DNA of 64,000 bases from a virus (IMGVR_UViG_3300020183_000007:64001-128000), one strand, 5' to 3'. Numbered from the stretch's first letter, positions 1 to 11,361 are shown. Translations and numbers: made by a program. The notes: generated by a model from the sequence alone, not told the origin.

Positions 1-872
1 ATAGGGTCATCTTGAGGCGGAACACTTCTTCCTGGTCCATACAGTTCTCTGTCTGAGAGATAAACTATCTTTCCAGTTTCCACTTCTGGAATTTTTCCGG
101 ATGTTACCGCAAATCCGCTACCAGGAAGACCCTTCATTTGGAATCCCTTAGGGCCAACTTTTCCGGCTAATATTTCTTTTCTCAAAGATGCCGCTATTTG
201 GCACCATGTAGTTGCATTATCCCTTGTTACCTTAGATCTAGGAATGGATTTATTTGTTAATGAAAAATCACCTAATTTAACTGACATTTCGTCGTCTCCA
301 CCAAAACCATACGTTCTACTAAGTTCACACGCAGTTGATGCCTTAATATACTCTAATACAGTGAATGATAAGCCGGATCCATTTTCATCATCTAAAAGAT
401 TGTATAGAGCCTTAACTTCATTGGAATAATTATGCACTATCTCGCCTATTTCTAGCAATGAAGCGTCTGGAAAATATGGTAAAAGTTCTTCTGGGTTAAG
501 ATATAAAGGAGCAAGATCAGGAGCAAAAATAATTATTTCTTCAGACTTAAGTGTGATTTTTGGCTGATATTCCGTAACAGTCGAGCTAACATATAATTTT
601 TGGTTAACAACAACAGAGTTGCCGCTGTTTAAAAGACCAGTAAATTTAACAGAGTATGTATCAGCTGAAGTTGGAGTAAAATCATATGTATATACAGAAG
701 AAGAACTTGCAGTAGCGTTTCCCGATTCAACTGTATTACTTTCTGAATTTTTAATAATAACCGTTACAGGTGCCACTGGTACTAAATCAACTTCATTGCC
801 GGAACTGTCTATATCTTTAAATTTAACAGTTATTCTTACTGTATCATTTATAACAATTTTATCTGTAGACAT
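1..872 (-). CDS. Virion structural protein, partial (runs off window start; neck/head-tail-adaptor-like)
   Basis: Manually read open frame from ATG at 872 (MSTDKIVINDTVRITVKF...) with no stop before base 1, hence absent from the ORF track; TACTATA motif ~30 nt upstream; lies in the structural operon. Confidence 0.6.
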   Translation of the reverse strand, partial: MSTDKIVINDTVRITVKFKDIDSSGNEVDLVPVAPVTVIIKNSESNTVESGNATASSSSVYTYDFTPTSADTYSVKFTGLLNSGNSVVVNQKLYVSSTVTEYQPKITLKSEEIIIFAPDLAPLYLNPEELLPYFPDASLLEIGEIVHNYSNEVKALYNLLDDENGSGLSFTVLEYIKASTACELSRTYGFGGDDEMSVKLGDFSLTNKSIPRSKVTRDNATTWCQIAASLRKEILAGKVGPKGFQMKGLPGSGFAVTSGKIPEVETGKIVYLSDRELYGPGRSVPPQDDP

Positions 873-888
873 AAAACCCCTTATATAT

Positions 889-1341
889 TTATGCGTTAGA
901 TATTATAGTAATATCTATTGTTCCAGCAGAATTTTTATCAAAAACTATAGTATCGGCTGTAGCAAATGCGTAAGATTCATTTTTATCTACGGATATAGCA
1001 ACATAACCAGAACTCTCGGCGTCAATCCCCTGGGAGCTTGCTATAGCATATGCTTCTGCATTTATTTTATCAAATTCTATTGATCCATATCCATCAAATG
1101 CAGCAAATTCTAGGGAAGATGATGTTTCAGAATTTTCTATAACACCCGTTGGAATTATTAATGATGAAGATGGAAGAAAAACTAATGTACTGGTAATAGA
1201 AGGTGGCTTTAAAACAATTACTTTTAGTAAATTTAAATTACCAAAATTTAGTGTCAAACCAAATGACTGCGGAGATACTACATATAAGCCATTATATTGA
1301 TAATGCTCTTGGCTATATGCTATATCTCCATCATATTTCAT
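889..1341 (-). CDS. Hypothetical virion protein (beta-rich)
   Basis: 150 aa ORF co-oriented in the structural operon. Confidence 0.55.
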   Translation of the reverse strand: MKYDGDIAYSQEHYQYNGLYVVSPQSFGLTLNFGNLNLLKVIVLKPPSITSTLVFLPSSSLIIPTGVIENSETSSSLEFAAFDGYGSIEFDKINAEAYAIASSQGIDAESSGYVAISVDKNESYAFATADTIVFDKNSAGTIDITIISNA

Positions 1342-1354
1342 TTAAATCTCTTTA

Positions 1355-3283
1355 TCAGAAGGTTCCACAATCTATAGTTATGCCATCAATTGACCCACCA
1401 GTAATTGAAACGTTATTTGAGTTTTGTGTTGCAATAGTTCCTAGACTTAGGGTGCTTCTTGCTGCTGCTGCATCTACATCGTCTATAAGTGAACGACCAA
1501 ATGATGTGAAGGTTGCCAGTTCAGCAGTACCCGAACCAGTAAAGTATGGAAGTTTATCTGATGCAGATGTGAGTCCGGCAATTGCTGCCAACTCTGCATC
1601 ATATCCCTGAACATCAGTTCCTATAGCTAACCCTAGATTAGTTCTAGCAGTTCCAGCATCTGTTGCCCCAGTACCGCCATTGGCAATCGCAATAGCGGTA
1701 CCGTTCCATGTGCCAGTTGAAATTGTTCCAACAGATGTTAAGCTTGAAGCGGTTACTCCAGAACCAAGTGTAGTTGAACTTAAAACAGATGTTCCATTAA
1801 TTTTAAATTCTTTACCAGTCAACAAATTCAGGTGTTCAGATGAAGTCCACGAATCTGTAGCATCAACCCAGTTAAAAGTCTTGTCGGTAGCGCCTTTAAG
1901 AGTAATACCGCCGCCGTCAGCACTTGCGTCAGTTGGAGAGTCTATAGAACCGAGCTCCAAGTTTTTATCATCAACTGTGATTGTTGTTGAGTTGACAGTT
2001 GTTGTAGTTCCATTTACTGTTAGGTTTCCAGTAATTGTTACGTCTCCACCTGCAGATACGTTATTAAACTGAACATTACTATTTGTTGCCACTGCTTGAC
2101 CAATTGCAATTGTTGCATTTGATCCTTCGCCTGGAGTATGGGTAATGGTTACGCCTGTTCCAGCAGTAAGGTCTGACATATAGTTGCCAGTAGTATCTGT
2201 ACCAAGAGCTATTGTGCCAAGAAGAGCTACTGTTCCAGTTGCATTTGGTATAGTTATAGTCCTATCTGCAGTTGGATCAGTAACCGTTATGGTTGTTTCG
2301 TGATCGTCTGAACTTGACCCCTCAAAAACTACAGAAGAACCATTTATGGTTAGCCCTGCAAATGTTGGCGAATCAGAGGTGGCAACTGCTTGACCTATAG
2401 CAATTGTTGGAGTTGCCGTCTCCCCTGAGTTGTTGCTGAGTGTTACGCCAGTTCCAGCAACAAGAGATGCAACATAATCACCACTTGTGTCTGCCCCTAA
2501 GGCAACTGAGTTTGCAGCTATTGTTGCTGTTAATGTTGCGTTGCCGAGGTTTGTAACAGTAGCACTACCGCTAAGGTCTCCTCCTAATGTTATTGTAAAG
2601 TCGGCAACATCAAAATCTAATGTATTATCAGTATCGTCGTAGCTTACGTTAATTCCAGATTCTGTGTTTGAAGACACCATTGCTCCAACAACGTCTGCTA
2701 CAGCTTCATTAAAGTCTGTAACTGCTGTAGATGCTATTGCAATATTTGTTGCTCCGGCAGTTGTTAAACGACCCTGTGCATCAACAGTAAATGTTGCTAC
2801 TGCCGTAGCTGAACCATATGAGGCTGCTGTTACTGCTGTATTATCAAGATTGATTGTAACTGTATCTGTTGCAGAAGCGACTGATGTAAGACCTGTACCG
2901 CCAGAAATGGTCAAAGTGTCTGTGCCAGAAGTTATCGTTTGGTTAGCGCCACTGTCTGCAGCTACCGTAAACGACGTTGCAACGGCTCCAACAGCAGTAT
3001 CGACATATCCTTTTGTTACAGCGTGTGTGCTGGAACTGGGAGCCGGAACTATTACTGTCCCTGAAAATGTTTTATTACCAGAAATTGTCTGAGTGCCAGT
3101 TAGTGTTGCAAAAGCTCCGGGACCGGCTATTGCAAGGACGGACGTTGCATCTCCGCCCGAGTCACCTTTGCCATAATAAAGTGTTTCATCAACCTCGTTA
3201 AATGCTAATTCAGCATTTTTTAAACCAGACGGAGCGCCAGATGCTCCACTTGTTCTTCTTTTAATTCTAATTGTATTAGCCAT
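1355..3283 (-). CDS. Tail fibre / receptor-binding-type protein
   Basis: Mtd_N-like N-terminus ([10 protein letters not shown]...[16 protein letters not shown]), Thr/Gly/Ala-rich repeats, C-terminal ARTNLGL and DKLPYFTG...AARSTLSLG fibre motifs. Confidence 0.8.
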   Translation of the reverse strand: MANTIRIKRRTSGASGAPSGLKNAELAFNEVDETLYYGKGDSGGDATSVLAIAGPGAFATLTGTQTISGNKTFSGTVIVPAPSSSTHAVTKGYVDTAVGAVATSFTVAADSGANQTITSGTDTLTISGGTGLTSVASATDTVTINLDNTAVTAASYGSATAVATFTVDAQGRLTTAGATNIAIASTAVTDFNEAVADVVGAMVSSNTESGINVSYDDTDNTLDFDVADFTITLGGDLSGSATVTNLGNATLTATIAANSVALGADTSGDYVASLVAGTGVTLSNNSGETATPTIAIGQAVATSDSPTFAGLTINGSSVVFEGSSSDDHETTITVTDPTADRTITIPNATGTVALLGTIALGTDTTGNYMSDLTAGTGVTITHTPGEGSNATIAIGQAVATNSNVQFNNVSAGGDVTITGNLTVNGTTTTVNSTTITVDDKNLELGSIDSPTDASADGGGITLKGATDKTFNWVDATDSWTSSEHLNLLTGKEFKINGTSVLSSTTLGSGVTASSLTSVGTISTGTWNGTAIAIANGGTGATDAGTARTNLGLAIGTDVQGYDAELAAIAGLTSASDKLPYFTGSGTAELATFTSFGRSLIDDVDAAAARSTLSLGTIATQNSNNVSITGGSIDGITIDCGTF

Positions 3284-3622
3284 TTAAAAATTTCCTCCAT
3301 CCGTAACTTCTTTTTCAGGCGCATTGACCCAAACAGCTCCGTTATATCTTAATATATCATTGTTCGCAACTGAACTGATAGTAACATCAGTTAAACCATT
3401 TAAAACTGATTGTGTAGTTATAGCTGATTCTGCTGCTATAATTCTATCTTTAACTGTTAAATGCGATCCAGCTGGACTAAGACCCAAAACTGTCTCAATA
3501 GCTTCTACTGCATCATTTAGGTCAGCATGCTGCTGATGATGTGGCACTGTAGCTGAGTTTAGTTTATCTGTTGAAGTTGGATTAACAAAATTATCCAATG
3601 TACCAGGATATAGCGTAGGCAT
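3284..3622 (-). CDS. Small virion protein (tail-fibre associated)
   Basis: 112 aa; LNGLTDVTI...DILRYNGAVWVN repeat typical of phage fibre proteins; abuts next gene. Confidence 0.6.
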   Translation of the reverse strand: MPTLYPGTLDNFVNPTSTDKLNSATVPHHQQHADLNDAVEAIETVLGLSPAGSHLTVKDRIIAAESAITTQSVLNGLTDVTISSVANNDILRYNGAVWVNAPEKEVTDGGNF

Positions 3623-3630
3623 TGTTCTCC

Positions 3631-4044
3631 TTATAGGCTAAATATTTTATATTGGTCATTGTTCCAGTTAATTGTAACTGAAATAGTTTCTGCTGTAGCA
3701 GATATGGGCAAACCAGTGGCTGTATCAATATAAGCTATTAATCTAGATGTTGAGGCAACACCTGTATCTCTGTAAATAACTAGATATGCAAAACCAGAAT
3801 TGCCATAATCTTCTATTGTTATATTATCTGCGTCAAAAATACCAAGAGAAGTTGATTTTTCAGTTAAAATACTTGAAGTTGCAGCAATAGCATCATTAGA
3901 TATATCTGATAAAAATTGATCGGTATTTAAGTTAACAGAATAATTATTTTTTACTAAAGCAATTTTTATTGTATTATCAGTTAGATCCAATAAACCCTCA
4001 AGTAAAGCTTCTTTGGCTTTGGCATAAAGTGCATTGGCCATCAT
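3631..4044 (-). CDS. Conserved phage virion protein
   Basis: 137 aa MANALYAKAKEALL...IKIALV...LIAYID type structural protein; overlaps upstream gene by 4 nt. Confidence 0.6.
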   Translation of the reverse strand: MMANALYAKAKEALLEGLLDLTDNTIKIALVKNNYSVNLNTDQFLSDISNDAIAATSSILTEKSTSLGIFDADNITIEDYGNSGFAYLVIYRDTGVASTSRLIAYIDTATGLPISATAETISVTINWNNDQYKIFSL

Positions 4045-4814
4045 GGGCCAACTTCTGAAGAAACAATTAACCTATACTTATAACCTGATTCAAAGTATTC
4101 TTTATTATCAGTATTATAAACTGGAGTAGCGTCATCGGATGGAAAATCTATGTATACATCAGCTTTCCATGAATGCATTGATATTTCTGTATCTACAGTT
4201 TCCCATCTACATGGTGTTTTCTGTATTTTCTTTTTTTGAGCCTTAAAATACTTTGAGGTCAAAAAGTTTGAAGCTGGGCGAGAGCTAAAGCTTATAGTAA
4301 CTCTTCCGTTGTTTTCATCATTATAGATATAAAAACTACCAGTTAAAGGATCTGTTGAAATTATGTAAAAATCTGGATTTTTTGCTAAAATCTGATAACC
4401 AGTCTCTATATCCACCCTAACTGATTTATCTTCAACTAAAACCTCATTAAGAACAGTACCCTGAACCTCCTGGAGAATAGATGGTGTAGCGGAATTGGTC
4501 TGACTCGCAAAATTAATTTGTTCTTCTGGAATAGTTAAACCAGAAGAATCTACTAAATTAGCTACTTTTATAATATAATCTGAACCAGAAGATAGTACAA
4601 CATTCCAATAAAGAGTTAAAGTTCTACTAATCTGATTATAATCAGTTATTGTATTTATAGTTCTAAAAGCAGAACTAATTTCAACTGGTGTAGCAGCATC
4701 AGTAAATAATTTAAAGTTAGCGTTTACTAAAGAAGCTATTTTTATTGTTCTACCAAATTTAATATTAACTGTATTAACAGTTACGGTAGCGTTGTCTATT
4801 AAATACAAGCTCAC
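4041..4814 (-). CDS. Virion protein with probable Ig-like domains
   Basis: 257 aa beta-rich ORF downstream of the capsid terminator with its own TACTATTA motif. Confidence 0.55.
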   Translation of the reverse strand: MSLYLIDNATVTVNTVNIKFGRTIKIASLVNANFKLFTDAATPVEISSAFRTINTITDYNQISRTLTLYWNVVLSSGSDYIIKVANLVDSSGLTIPEEQINFASQTNSATPSILQEVQGTVLNEVLVEDKSVRVDIETGYQILAKNPDFYIISTDPLTGSFYIYNDENNGRVTISFSSRPASNFLTSKYFKAQKKKIQKTPCRWETVDTEISMHSWKADVYIDFPSDDATPVYNTDNKEYFESGYKYRLIVSSEVGP

Positions 4815-4861
4815 TCAGTACACTCCATTAATAAAACCTAATTTAATAGTAACAAACCAAA

Positions 4862-4910
4862 ACAAATAAAAGCATAGGGGGTAGCAGATTTCTCTACTAC
4901 CCCCTAGCTA
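4862..4910 (-). terminator. Intrinsic terminator after major capsid gene
   Basis: GGGGGTAG...CTACCCCC hairpin followed on the minus strand by a T-rich tract. Confidence 0.7.
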
Positions 4911-4947
4911 TAGGGTTAAATCGCAACTATAACAACCCTAAGGTCTA

Positions 4948-6006
4948 TCAGGTTGCCTCGTTGGTAACCATGATTTCGTAGTTACGGCTTAGTCTGACAT
5001 TCTTGGCTACAGTAATACCTTCACCATCACCTAGCATTACGATGTCATAGCGCTCCTTCATCTTCAACGAACGAAGATCGCGGCTTGGATCATCGAATTG
5101 GTCGGTGCTCATGTCGTCCTTAACCAGTAGTGTACCTACCTCGTTACGGTCAATCAGGAACAAATCTGACTTAGCTGCATTTGCACCACTCTTAGCGGTA
5201 AAGCTTACGAATGGCGAAACAAGGACGTTTAATCCCATTGGGGCTGTTGCATTAAGAGCGCCCTGAGCTGACTGAGGACGGTAACCCCAACTTGTGCCAA
5301 CAGCAGAAGCTGCACCGCCGGCGTGGAAGATGGAATCCTTAAGGAATACCGACCACATTAGGGGGTGAAGAATAAAGTCTGTTGGTACATGATTTTCAGC
5401 CATCAGAACAGCAGCCATATCTACAATGTTATCCCAGGTAATTGTCTTATTGGCAACGCCGTTAATGTCAAAACCTGTTGTATCATCATATGAACCACTA
5501 TCATTGTCAAAAACGATAGTAGCTGCGTCCTTAAAGCGACTAAGTGCTATTTGCTCTTTCAAGCGAGCCATGGCACGACCGGCTGCACGAACATGTAGAC
5601 CGACAATGTCCCAAAGTGAATCGGCAATTACCTCTTCTGTAAAGGCGAGCTTAACGCCTTTCTTTGAAACCTTACCTTCTACCTGCTTTGCAAAAGCGAG
5701 TGCTTGCTCTGGATACTCTTGTCCTTCTGGGATCTCTGCTGCTTGGATTGCATTGACTGCTGGGAACTCCAAAGAGCGCCCCTTGCCGAGGCGAACTGTA
5801 GAAAGAAGAGGCGTAACCAGCAATTGTGGCTCAGCTGCTTCTCTTAGCGTACGAGAGAGAACTTTGGGGAAAAGAGCTGCTGCGTCTGGTGAAGCAAAAG
5901 CCTCCTTAATGGTTACTCTATTGTCTGCATCGATATACCCGTCCTCAGTCATTGCAGTCTCCCAAGCTGGGAGACCACAGAGGAGCTCTTGGATTGTCTT
6001 ACTCAT
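4948..6006 (-). CDS. Major capsid protein (HK97 fold)
   Basis: 352 aa; EIPEGQEYP, KKGVKLAFTEEVIADS and DRNEVG...ERYDI motifs; follows protease/scaffold and decoration genes; strong terminator downstream. Confidence 0.88.
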   Translation of the reverse strand: MSKTIQELLCGLPAWETAMTEDGYIDADNRVTIKEAFASPDAAALFPKVLSRTLREAAEPQLLVTPLLSTVRLGKGRSLEFPAVNAIQAAEIPEGQEYPEQALAFAKQVEGKVSKKGVKLAFTEEVIADSLWDIVGLHVRAAGRAMARLKEQIALSRFKDAATIVFDNDSGSYDDTTGFDINGVANKTITWDNIVDMAAVLMAENHVPTDFILHPLMWSVFLKDSIFHAGGAASAVGTSWGYRPQSAQGALNATAPMGLNVLVSPFVSFTAKSGANAAKSDLFLIDRNEVGTLLVKDDMSTDQFDDPSRDLRSLKMKERYDIVMLGDGEGITVAKNVRLSRNYEIMVTNEAT

Positions 6007-6039
6007 CTTAGGAATATTCCTCCTGTGTTATTGTTTTGA

Positions 6040-6810
6040 TTAGAGTGTCAAATTGACGCGGAAAGCACCAGTGACATTATATACATCTAGGTTGGCACGG
6101 ATACCGAGCTTGCCCTTATGGCTTCCGCTACGAGTAAGTTCGTATACGGTTTTTAGTGCACCTGGATCTGATGGGAGCTGCATGTAGCTAAGGAGGCCAT
6201 CATCGAAGTTTGTAGCAAACTTCTCAACCTCAATAACCTTACCGACCTGTAGGTAGGCGTATACAGCTGAACTGTTATAAAAATCAGCTGCAGCTGCAGC
6301 CACTGGACGTCCCATAAAATCAGAACGGATTAGTGACCCAACTGTTACATCGTCATTGATACCAGCAACCATGGGGTACTCTACATAACCATGGGTGATA
6401 AAGCCAGCACCTTGTGATGTGCCCTTATCAAATGGCCTATAGAGATCATATTGTGCGCAACCGATAGGAATTGAACGAGCCGGAACTGTGACTGTGTCAC
6501 TTGAACCAGTTGTTGATGTTGGTGTAGCACCGTCTAGTGGATTCCAGCTTGGCATTACATCACCATAGCTCTTGCTAGATGATGTACCATTCGCTGGTAC
6601 CACACGGGCATCACCGTTGCTATCGGCAACCACGGAAAGAATGGTACCCTTAGGAATAACAATCTCGAAACGATCATCTTCGCTATCTAGATACCATGTT
6701 GGCAAACCAGGGTGGGGAAGCAGGTATGCACTGGGGGCTATGCCCTCAGAAACAACAAACCGGCCAGCGCCTGTCTTGCTATGAACCTTACGGAACTTTG
6801 CTAAACTCAT
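6040..6810 (-). CDS. Capsid decoration / head protein
   Basis: 256 aa between scaffold and MCP; VIPKGTILS and VTVGSLIRSDFMGRPV motifs typical of head-decoration proteins. Confidence 0.6.
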   Translation of the reverse strand: MSLAKFRKVHSKTGAGRFVVSEGIAPSAYLLPHPGLPTWYLDSEDDRFEIVIPKGTILSVVADSNGDARVVPANGTSSSKSYGDVMPSWNPLDGATPTSTTGSSDTVTVPARSIPIGCAQYDLYRPFDKGTSQGAGFITHGYVEYPMVAGINDDVTVGSLIRSDFMGRPVAAAAADFYNSSAVYAYLQVGKVIEVEKFATNFDDGLLSYMQLPSDPGALKTVYELTRSGSHKGKLGIRANLDVYNVTGAFRVNLTL

Positions 6811-6828
6811 TTTCTATCTCCTTAATTA

Positions 6829-8448
6829 TTAAAGTTTACGTCTGCCCATTAGAGCATCTACTAAAACCTGTTCAAAAGAATCTACGGAAGAAACAGGCTT
6901 GCCAATTTCTTCTTCTTTACCAAGAGTCAAAACATTATCCTCTAACTTATTTACCTCTGCCTCAGAAGTAACTTCTGGCATTCCAACAAAATTAGAAAGT
7001 CTTTTATTAAGTTTTGCAGGAGTCTTAGCCAAATCTCTAAGAGTATCAGCTAGTGATGAGGCCGTGCGAGCAACGTGCTCTTCGATCAACTTTTCGCGAT
7101 CATCAACAGACTCAAAACCTAGACTAATCTTGGTATCGACAACTCTTTCAACCAAAGTTCTATGTAAAGCACTCTTAAGCTTTGCATTTTCTTCTTCAAG
7201 AAGCTCAATTCTAGCCTTAAGTGGATTGATGTCTTGCTCAACGCCCTCTTTGTTATCGCTGAGCTGATCAATCTCTTCGGCCTCTTCTTGATTCTCATCA
7301 GTCATTTCGACCAATGACTCTTCTGGCTTTTCAGCATTTTCGGAATCTACAATCTGTACATCCGCCTCTTCTGAATCGTCAGCTGAGTTCTTTTCTTGCG
7401 AATCTGTTGAAGCAGACTCTTCTGAAACCTCTTCCGCTTTCTCTTCTGAAAACCCTTCGGCAACGTCTTGATCGGTTGCCCCTAAAGTGTCTTCGGAAGA
7501 AGAAGCTGCTATATTAGAGAGATCCTCGCTTAAGCCTTTGGCTACAGCCAGAATATCCTCTTCTTTATTAACATCTTTCATGCTATGAGTCTCCTCAGAA
7601 TTATTTTTTTCAGAATCTTCATTGGATAGTAATGAATTAGAATTAATTATATAACTTTCACTTTCTTGAAGGGCTAGCGCTGTTAAAAATGCACCCTTTA
7701 AGTGTAGATAAATTGGTTTAGATTCTTTCTTTTTCATATCTGAAAAAATTGATCTATTTTCCTCAATTGAGACAATATCTTCATTATCCATACTTAAAAT
7801 AAAAGCAGAGCTTTTTGCCATCCAGTCATCGGAATCTGAAAGCTCTGCTTTACCGTCTTGAATCTTTGTAGATCTAACTCCAGATTTTTGATCTGCTGGT
7901 TGATTAACAAATGAATACTCTTTAAATGATATATCTTGCATATCAATGTAGGCAAGTTTGCCTTTGTAAACCTTACCTCTTTTAAACTTTGGCATACGAG
8001 GACGACCGGAATCATCTTCGGTAGCTAGATCGTCACCAGATATGCTGCAAACAGCTTTTGCAGCTCTTCCCCCAACTGAGCCAGTTAAATATCTTTTATC
8101 AACAACTTTTTGAGCTGCGACAGGATCAGTGATTGCAATTTGCAATCTTACAAATGCACTTCCGTCCGACTCTTTATCCATTTTAGCTGCCATGACCCTG
8201 CCAATTGGCTCTGCGTTTAAATCGTGGTTAAGAATGATGGGTTTTGGATAAGGCTCAACCCATGACTGCAAAGCTTTTTCTAACTCTAAAGCTGAATAGT
8301 GGTTATAATTAGCAGTCAAACCCTCGTGTATTGCGGCAACCTCGATTATTAAACCGTGCTTGGAGTTAAATGACTCCGAAAAATCTATATCTGATTTCGA
8401 AAAATCAGGAAGCTGTAATATAAAGTTTTCCACAAAATCAAAAGACAT
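6829..8448 (-). CDS. Prohead protease fused to acidic scaffold
   Basis: N-terminal PIILNHD...PIGRV, YLTGSVGG, EYSFVNQPAD protease motifs; long Glu/Asp-rich, coiled-coil C-terminal half. Confidence 0.8.
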   Translation of the reverse strand: MSFDFVENFILQLPDFSKSDIDFSESFNSKHGLIIEVAAIHEGLTANYNHYSALELEKALQSWVEPYPKPIILNHDLNAEPIGRVMAAKMDKESDGSAFVRLQIAITDPVAAQKVVDKRYLTGSVGGRAAKAVCSISGDDLATEDDSGRPRMPKFKRGKVYKGKLAYIDMQDISFKEYSFVNQPADQKSGVRSTKIQDGKAELSDSDDWMAKSSAFILSMDNEDIVSIEENRSIFSDMKKKESKPIYLHLKGAFLTALALQESESYIINSNSLLSNEDSEKNNSEETHSMKDVNKEEDILAVAKGLSEDLSNIAASSSEDTLGATDQDVAEGFSEEKAEEVSEESASTDSQEKNSADDSEEADVQIVDSENAEKPEESLVEMTDENQEEAEEIDQLSDNKEGVEQDINPLKARIELLEEENAKLKSALHRTLVERVVDTKISLGFESVDDREKLIEEHVARTASSLADTLRDLAKTPAKLNKRLSNFVGMPEVTSEAEVNKLEDNVLTLGKEEEIGKPVSSVDSFEQVLVDALMGRRKL

Positions 8449-8524
8449 GAATTCCCCTATTGATTAATATCTATTTTAATAGTAAGTTTGTTTTTATAAC
8501 ATTGAACAATTTTATATAAATATA

Positions 8525-9304
8525 TCACACTTTAGCATAGTTTTCAAAAATTAATTCAGATCTCTCATCTCCATGCTTTAGATATTGACGGTACATCACT
8601 TCAGACATTATATGTGGAGCATATATATAAGAGGCACAGTACAAATTATACCCTGCCTCTTTACAAGACCATGACCAACTAACATCTTCGCCCTGCTCAT
8701 GGATTCTATAGTTTATACTAGAGTATACTTTTTTGCTCATCATTTTTGCTGCCATAATTACATCAGACTTAAAATAAGTTCCAAGAGAATACTGCTCTTG
8801 TCTAAAAGCTTTTCCGGGGACATCTGATCTCCATGTCATAACACTGGGGTACATTGTTCCAAACGGAGTCATGAACATTAGTGGATTAACGGCATCTGCG
8901 CCAGATTTAATATGAGCTATTAATAATTCTATTGTGTTTGGATTGACTAGAAGTATATCTGAATCTAAACTAAAATAATAATCAGGATTGATATCTCTTA
9001 CTGTTTTTAATAAAGAATTTCTTAGTGACACCATATTTTCATATTTAGAAATAGTCCATTGTCTTCCATTGTTTTCATGCTGGAAATGAGGTATGTCTTC
9101 TCTTATGTTTATATAAAAATAAGGTATTCTATTATCGTATTTCTTCCAAGCTTCAAGACAATTTATTGTTTCTGTATCATCTGGTGAAACTTCAAATACA
9201 AAACCAATATCCTTAAGTGAAACAGACTGGCTAGCAATACATCGGATCCAGTCAGGCAATATCCAGGATCTCTTATACATTGGGCAACCTATTAAAAGCT
9301 TCAT
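8525..9304 (-). CDS. GT-A fold glycosyltransferase
   Basis: LLIGCP N-terminus, RNSLL, DYYFSLDSDILL (DxD), GEDVSWS motifs. Confidence 0.8.
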   Translation of the reverse strand: MKLLIGCPMYKRSWILPDWIRCIASQSVSLKDIGFVFEVSPDDTETINCLEAWKKYDNRIPYFYINIREDIPHFQHENNGRQWTISKYENMVSLRNSLLKTVRDINPDYYFSLDSDILLVNPNTIELLIAHIKSGADAVNPLMFMTPFGTMYPSVMTWRSDVPGKAFRQEQYSLGTYFKSDVIMAAKMMSKKVYSSINYRIHEQGEDVSWSWSCKEAGYNLYCASYIYAPHIMSEVMYRQYLKHGDERSELIFENYAKV

Positions 9305-9666
9305 TGGGGATTTTTAGTCTCCTCAGCCTTCATCTCGGCATCCTTTGCTTCTTCGATTACAGGCATATCGTCCTTTTTTACCTCTTCTTTGACATAAGAC
9401 TGCATAGGCTGGTCTAGTACGATGGGCTCTTTATCTTGCGTATTTTCAGGTGCATCAGCTTCATTATAAATACTATTATCAACTGAATAAACAATATCTT
9501 CTAAATCCATAACTCTTTGTGTTAATTCAGAAACAAGATCCAAAACGACTTGAAGAGCAAGTCTTGTTTGACCATTTTCTACGGCTTTCTCTAAGGCTTC
9601 AATCGAATCATCTGTTGCCAAATAAGCTACTAACTGTTCATTCTTGAGTGTTGGGTTGATCGACAT
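9301..9666 (-). CDS. Hypothetical acidic protein
   Basis: 121 aa overlapping the portal end and the GT start. Confidence 0.55.
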   Translation of the reverse strand: MSINPTLKNEQLVAYLATDDSIEALEKAVENGQTRLALQVVLDLVSELTQRVMDLEDIVYSVDNSIYNEADAPENTQDKEPIVLDQPMQSYVKEEVKKDDMPVIEEAKDAEMKAEETKNPQ

Positions 9667-11302
9667 GATTATATTCCTTTTCCTCTTTTGTATAAACTAT
9701 AGTATACTCTGATTCAAGGGCATTTTCAACTAATGTCAGCCATGTATTATCGGATCTTCTTATGTTTGGTGAAATATTTCTACCTTGCTGATTTGCGGGA
9801 CGAGTTGCATTGCCAACTCCTCTTCTGTTATTTGGTAGATTTCTTTGACCCTTTTGTGCAGAAGGCTGTTTATCGCCATCTCTTAGCACATCTTTTGGTT
9901 CCGCCTTAGTCATTGTCAGCTCAGCTTGATTTTTTGCTAAATCCATCTGCACTTTACCCTGTATAGCGGCAAACATTTCCTCTTGTTCATAATCAGGATT
10001 TAATCCCAGTTCTAATCTTGCTTCTTTTATGGAAATCATATTATTGACATATTTTTGTATAACATGTGTTTCCTTTTTAACCTGGGTATCAACATCAATC
10101 TCGTTAAACTTAAAATAACACCTATCAGATAAACCTTCTTCTAGCGGAGTGGTTACGGGATCAAATCCGCCTTCAAGTAAAAGTTCATTGAATATATGCA
10201 CCCTAATCATTTCTGCAACTATTTTTTGATACTGTTTAATCTTATCGTACAGAGCGGTGTCGAGACGATCTGACACTGCTCTGTTTCCGCCATTCATCGT
10301 CATACCCAGGTGATGAGGGGCAACACCCAAACCAACAGCAACTCTTTCCTTGAAATGCTCCAGGTACTTTGAGGCATCTAGTGCGGTATTGTTTGCTCCA
10401 ATTACCTCAATATTATGTCTATAAGGAAGTATTAAACCCCCCTCCGATCTTAGGGACTCTATCTCGGACGCAGCGTTAGAGATTTCTTGCGGCTCTGCTG
10501 GTTGATCTGCTGTACCTATAATATATTTGTATAATGGAAATAGTTCTCTATGAACTAAATTTTGGATATCCTCCTCTATTTGACGCAAAGCTACAACATC
10601 GTCTAAAACCGAACTTAAGAACGGCGTGCCAAAAGCTCTTCCAGATTTTTTATCCAAATACATATGTATGACACGATCAGCTGACCACACAGGGTCTCGT
10701 TCTGACGGCATATAGGTTAATGGATCCGTAGCCTGCTGATATGATCTTGGTCTATTAAACTTATCTCTTAAAATTCTTACCTGTTCTGTTGGAATTAAGT
10801 AATAACCAACTACTGGTTGAGCTGCATTGACGCCTGATATTGATATTGGGAAATATTCAGATATATCACCCCTAGCTTTAACAATAAACACATTTGCATA
10901 TTTAACAATATGTTCTGTAATTTCAATAAGAAAATCTAGAAATGGTCTTTTCATAGCCATTTCCATATAATCTATTCTTTGATATAAATACGATACAGCT
11001 TCTGGATTTTCGCCTACTATTGACCAGTTTTCCTTCCAGAATAATTCCTTATATTTATTTATTGCCTGCTTCACATAAGAATCCGTATCAGCTGCTTGCA
11101 TAATCCTATCAAAATCATAGGGAGAAGGCTCAAAGGTAGCTCTATTATTATAATAATAGGTGTTACCCTGGAAACCAAGTGCGAGAGCAGCCACTTTCAT
11201 AGCTTTGTTGATGGAACTTATCTCTTCTGGCTTTAGAGCTTTTGCTACAAAGTTATTTTTTTTATCGACTTGCCTAAAAGGCAAGAAATCAGCAACTGCC
11301 AT
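9638..11302 (-). CDS. Portal protein
   Basis: 554 aa; VIHMYLD...AFGTPFLSSVLDDVVALRQIEE, LGVAPHHLG, ISIKEARLELG motifs; head-module position. Confidence 0.85.
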   Translation of the reverse strand: MAVADFLPFRQVDKKNNFVAKALKPEEISSINKAMKVAALALGFQGNTYYYNNRATFEPSPYDFDRIMQAADTDSYVKQAINKYKELFWKENWSIVGENPEAVSYLYQRIDYMEMAMKRPFLDFLIEITEHIVKYANVFIVKARGDISEYFPISISGVNAAQPVVGYYLIPTEQVRILRDKFNRPRSYQQATDPLTYMPSERDPVWSADRVIHMYLDKKSGRAFGTPFLSSVLDDVVALRQIEEDIQNLVHRELFPLYKYIIGTADQPAEPQEISNAASEIESLRSEGGLILPYRHNIEVIGANNTALDASKYLEHFKERVAVGLGVAPHHLGMTMNGGNRAVSDRLDTALYDKIKQYQKIVAEMIRVHIFNELLLEGGFDPVTTPLEEGLSDRCYFKFNEIDVDTQVKKETHVIQKYVNNMISIKEARLELGLNPDYEQEEMFAAIQGKVQMDLAKNQAELTMTKAEPKDVLRDGDKQPSAQKGQRNLPNNRRGVGNATRPANQQGRNISPNIRRSDNTWLTLVENALESEYTIVYTKEEKEYNHVDQPNTQE

Positions 11303-11361
11303 ATGTGTTCTCCAATATAAAAGCTACTGTAATAGTAGCTCTCTGGATTTTTTTTTATAAG

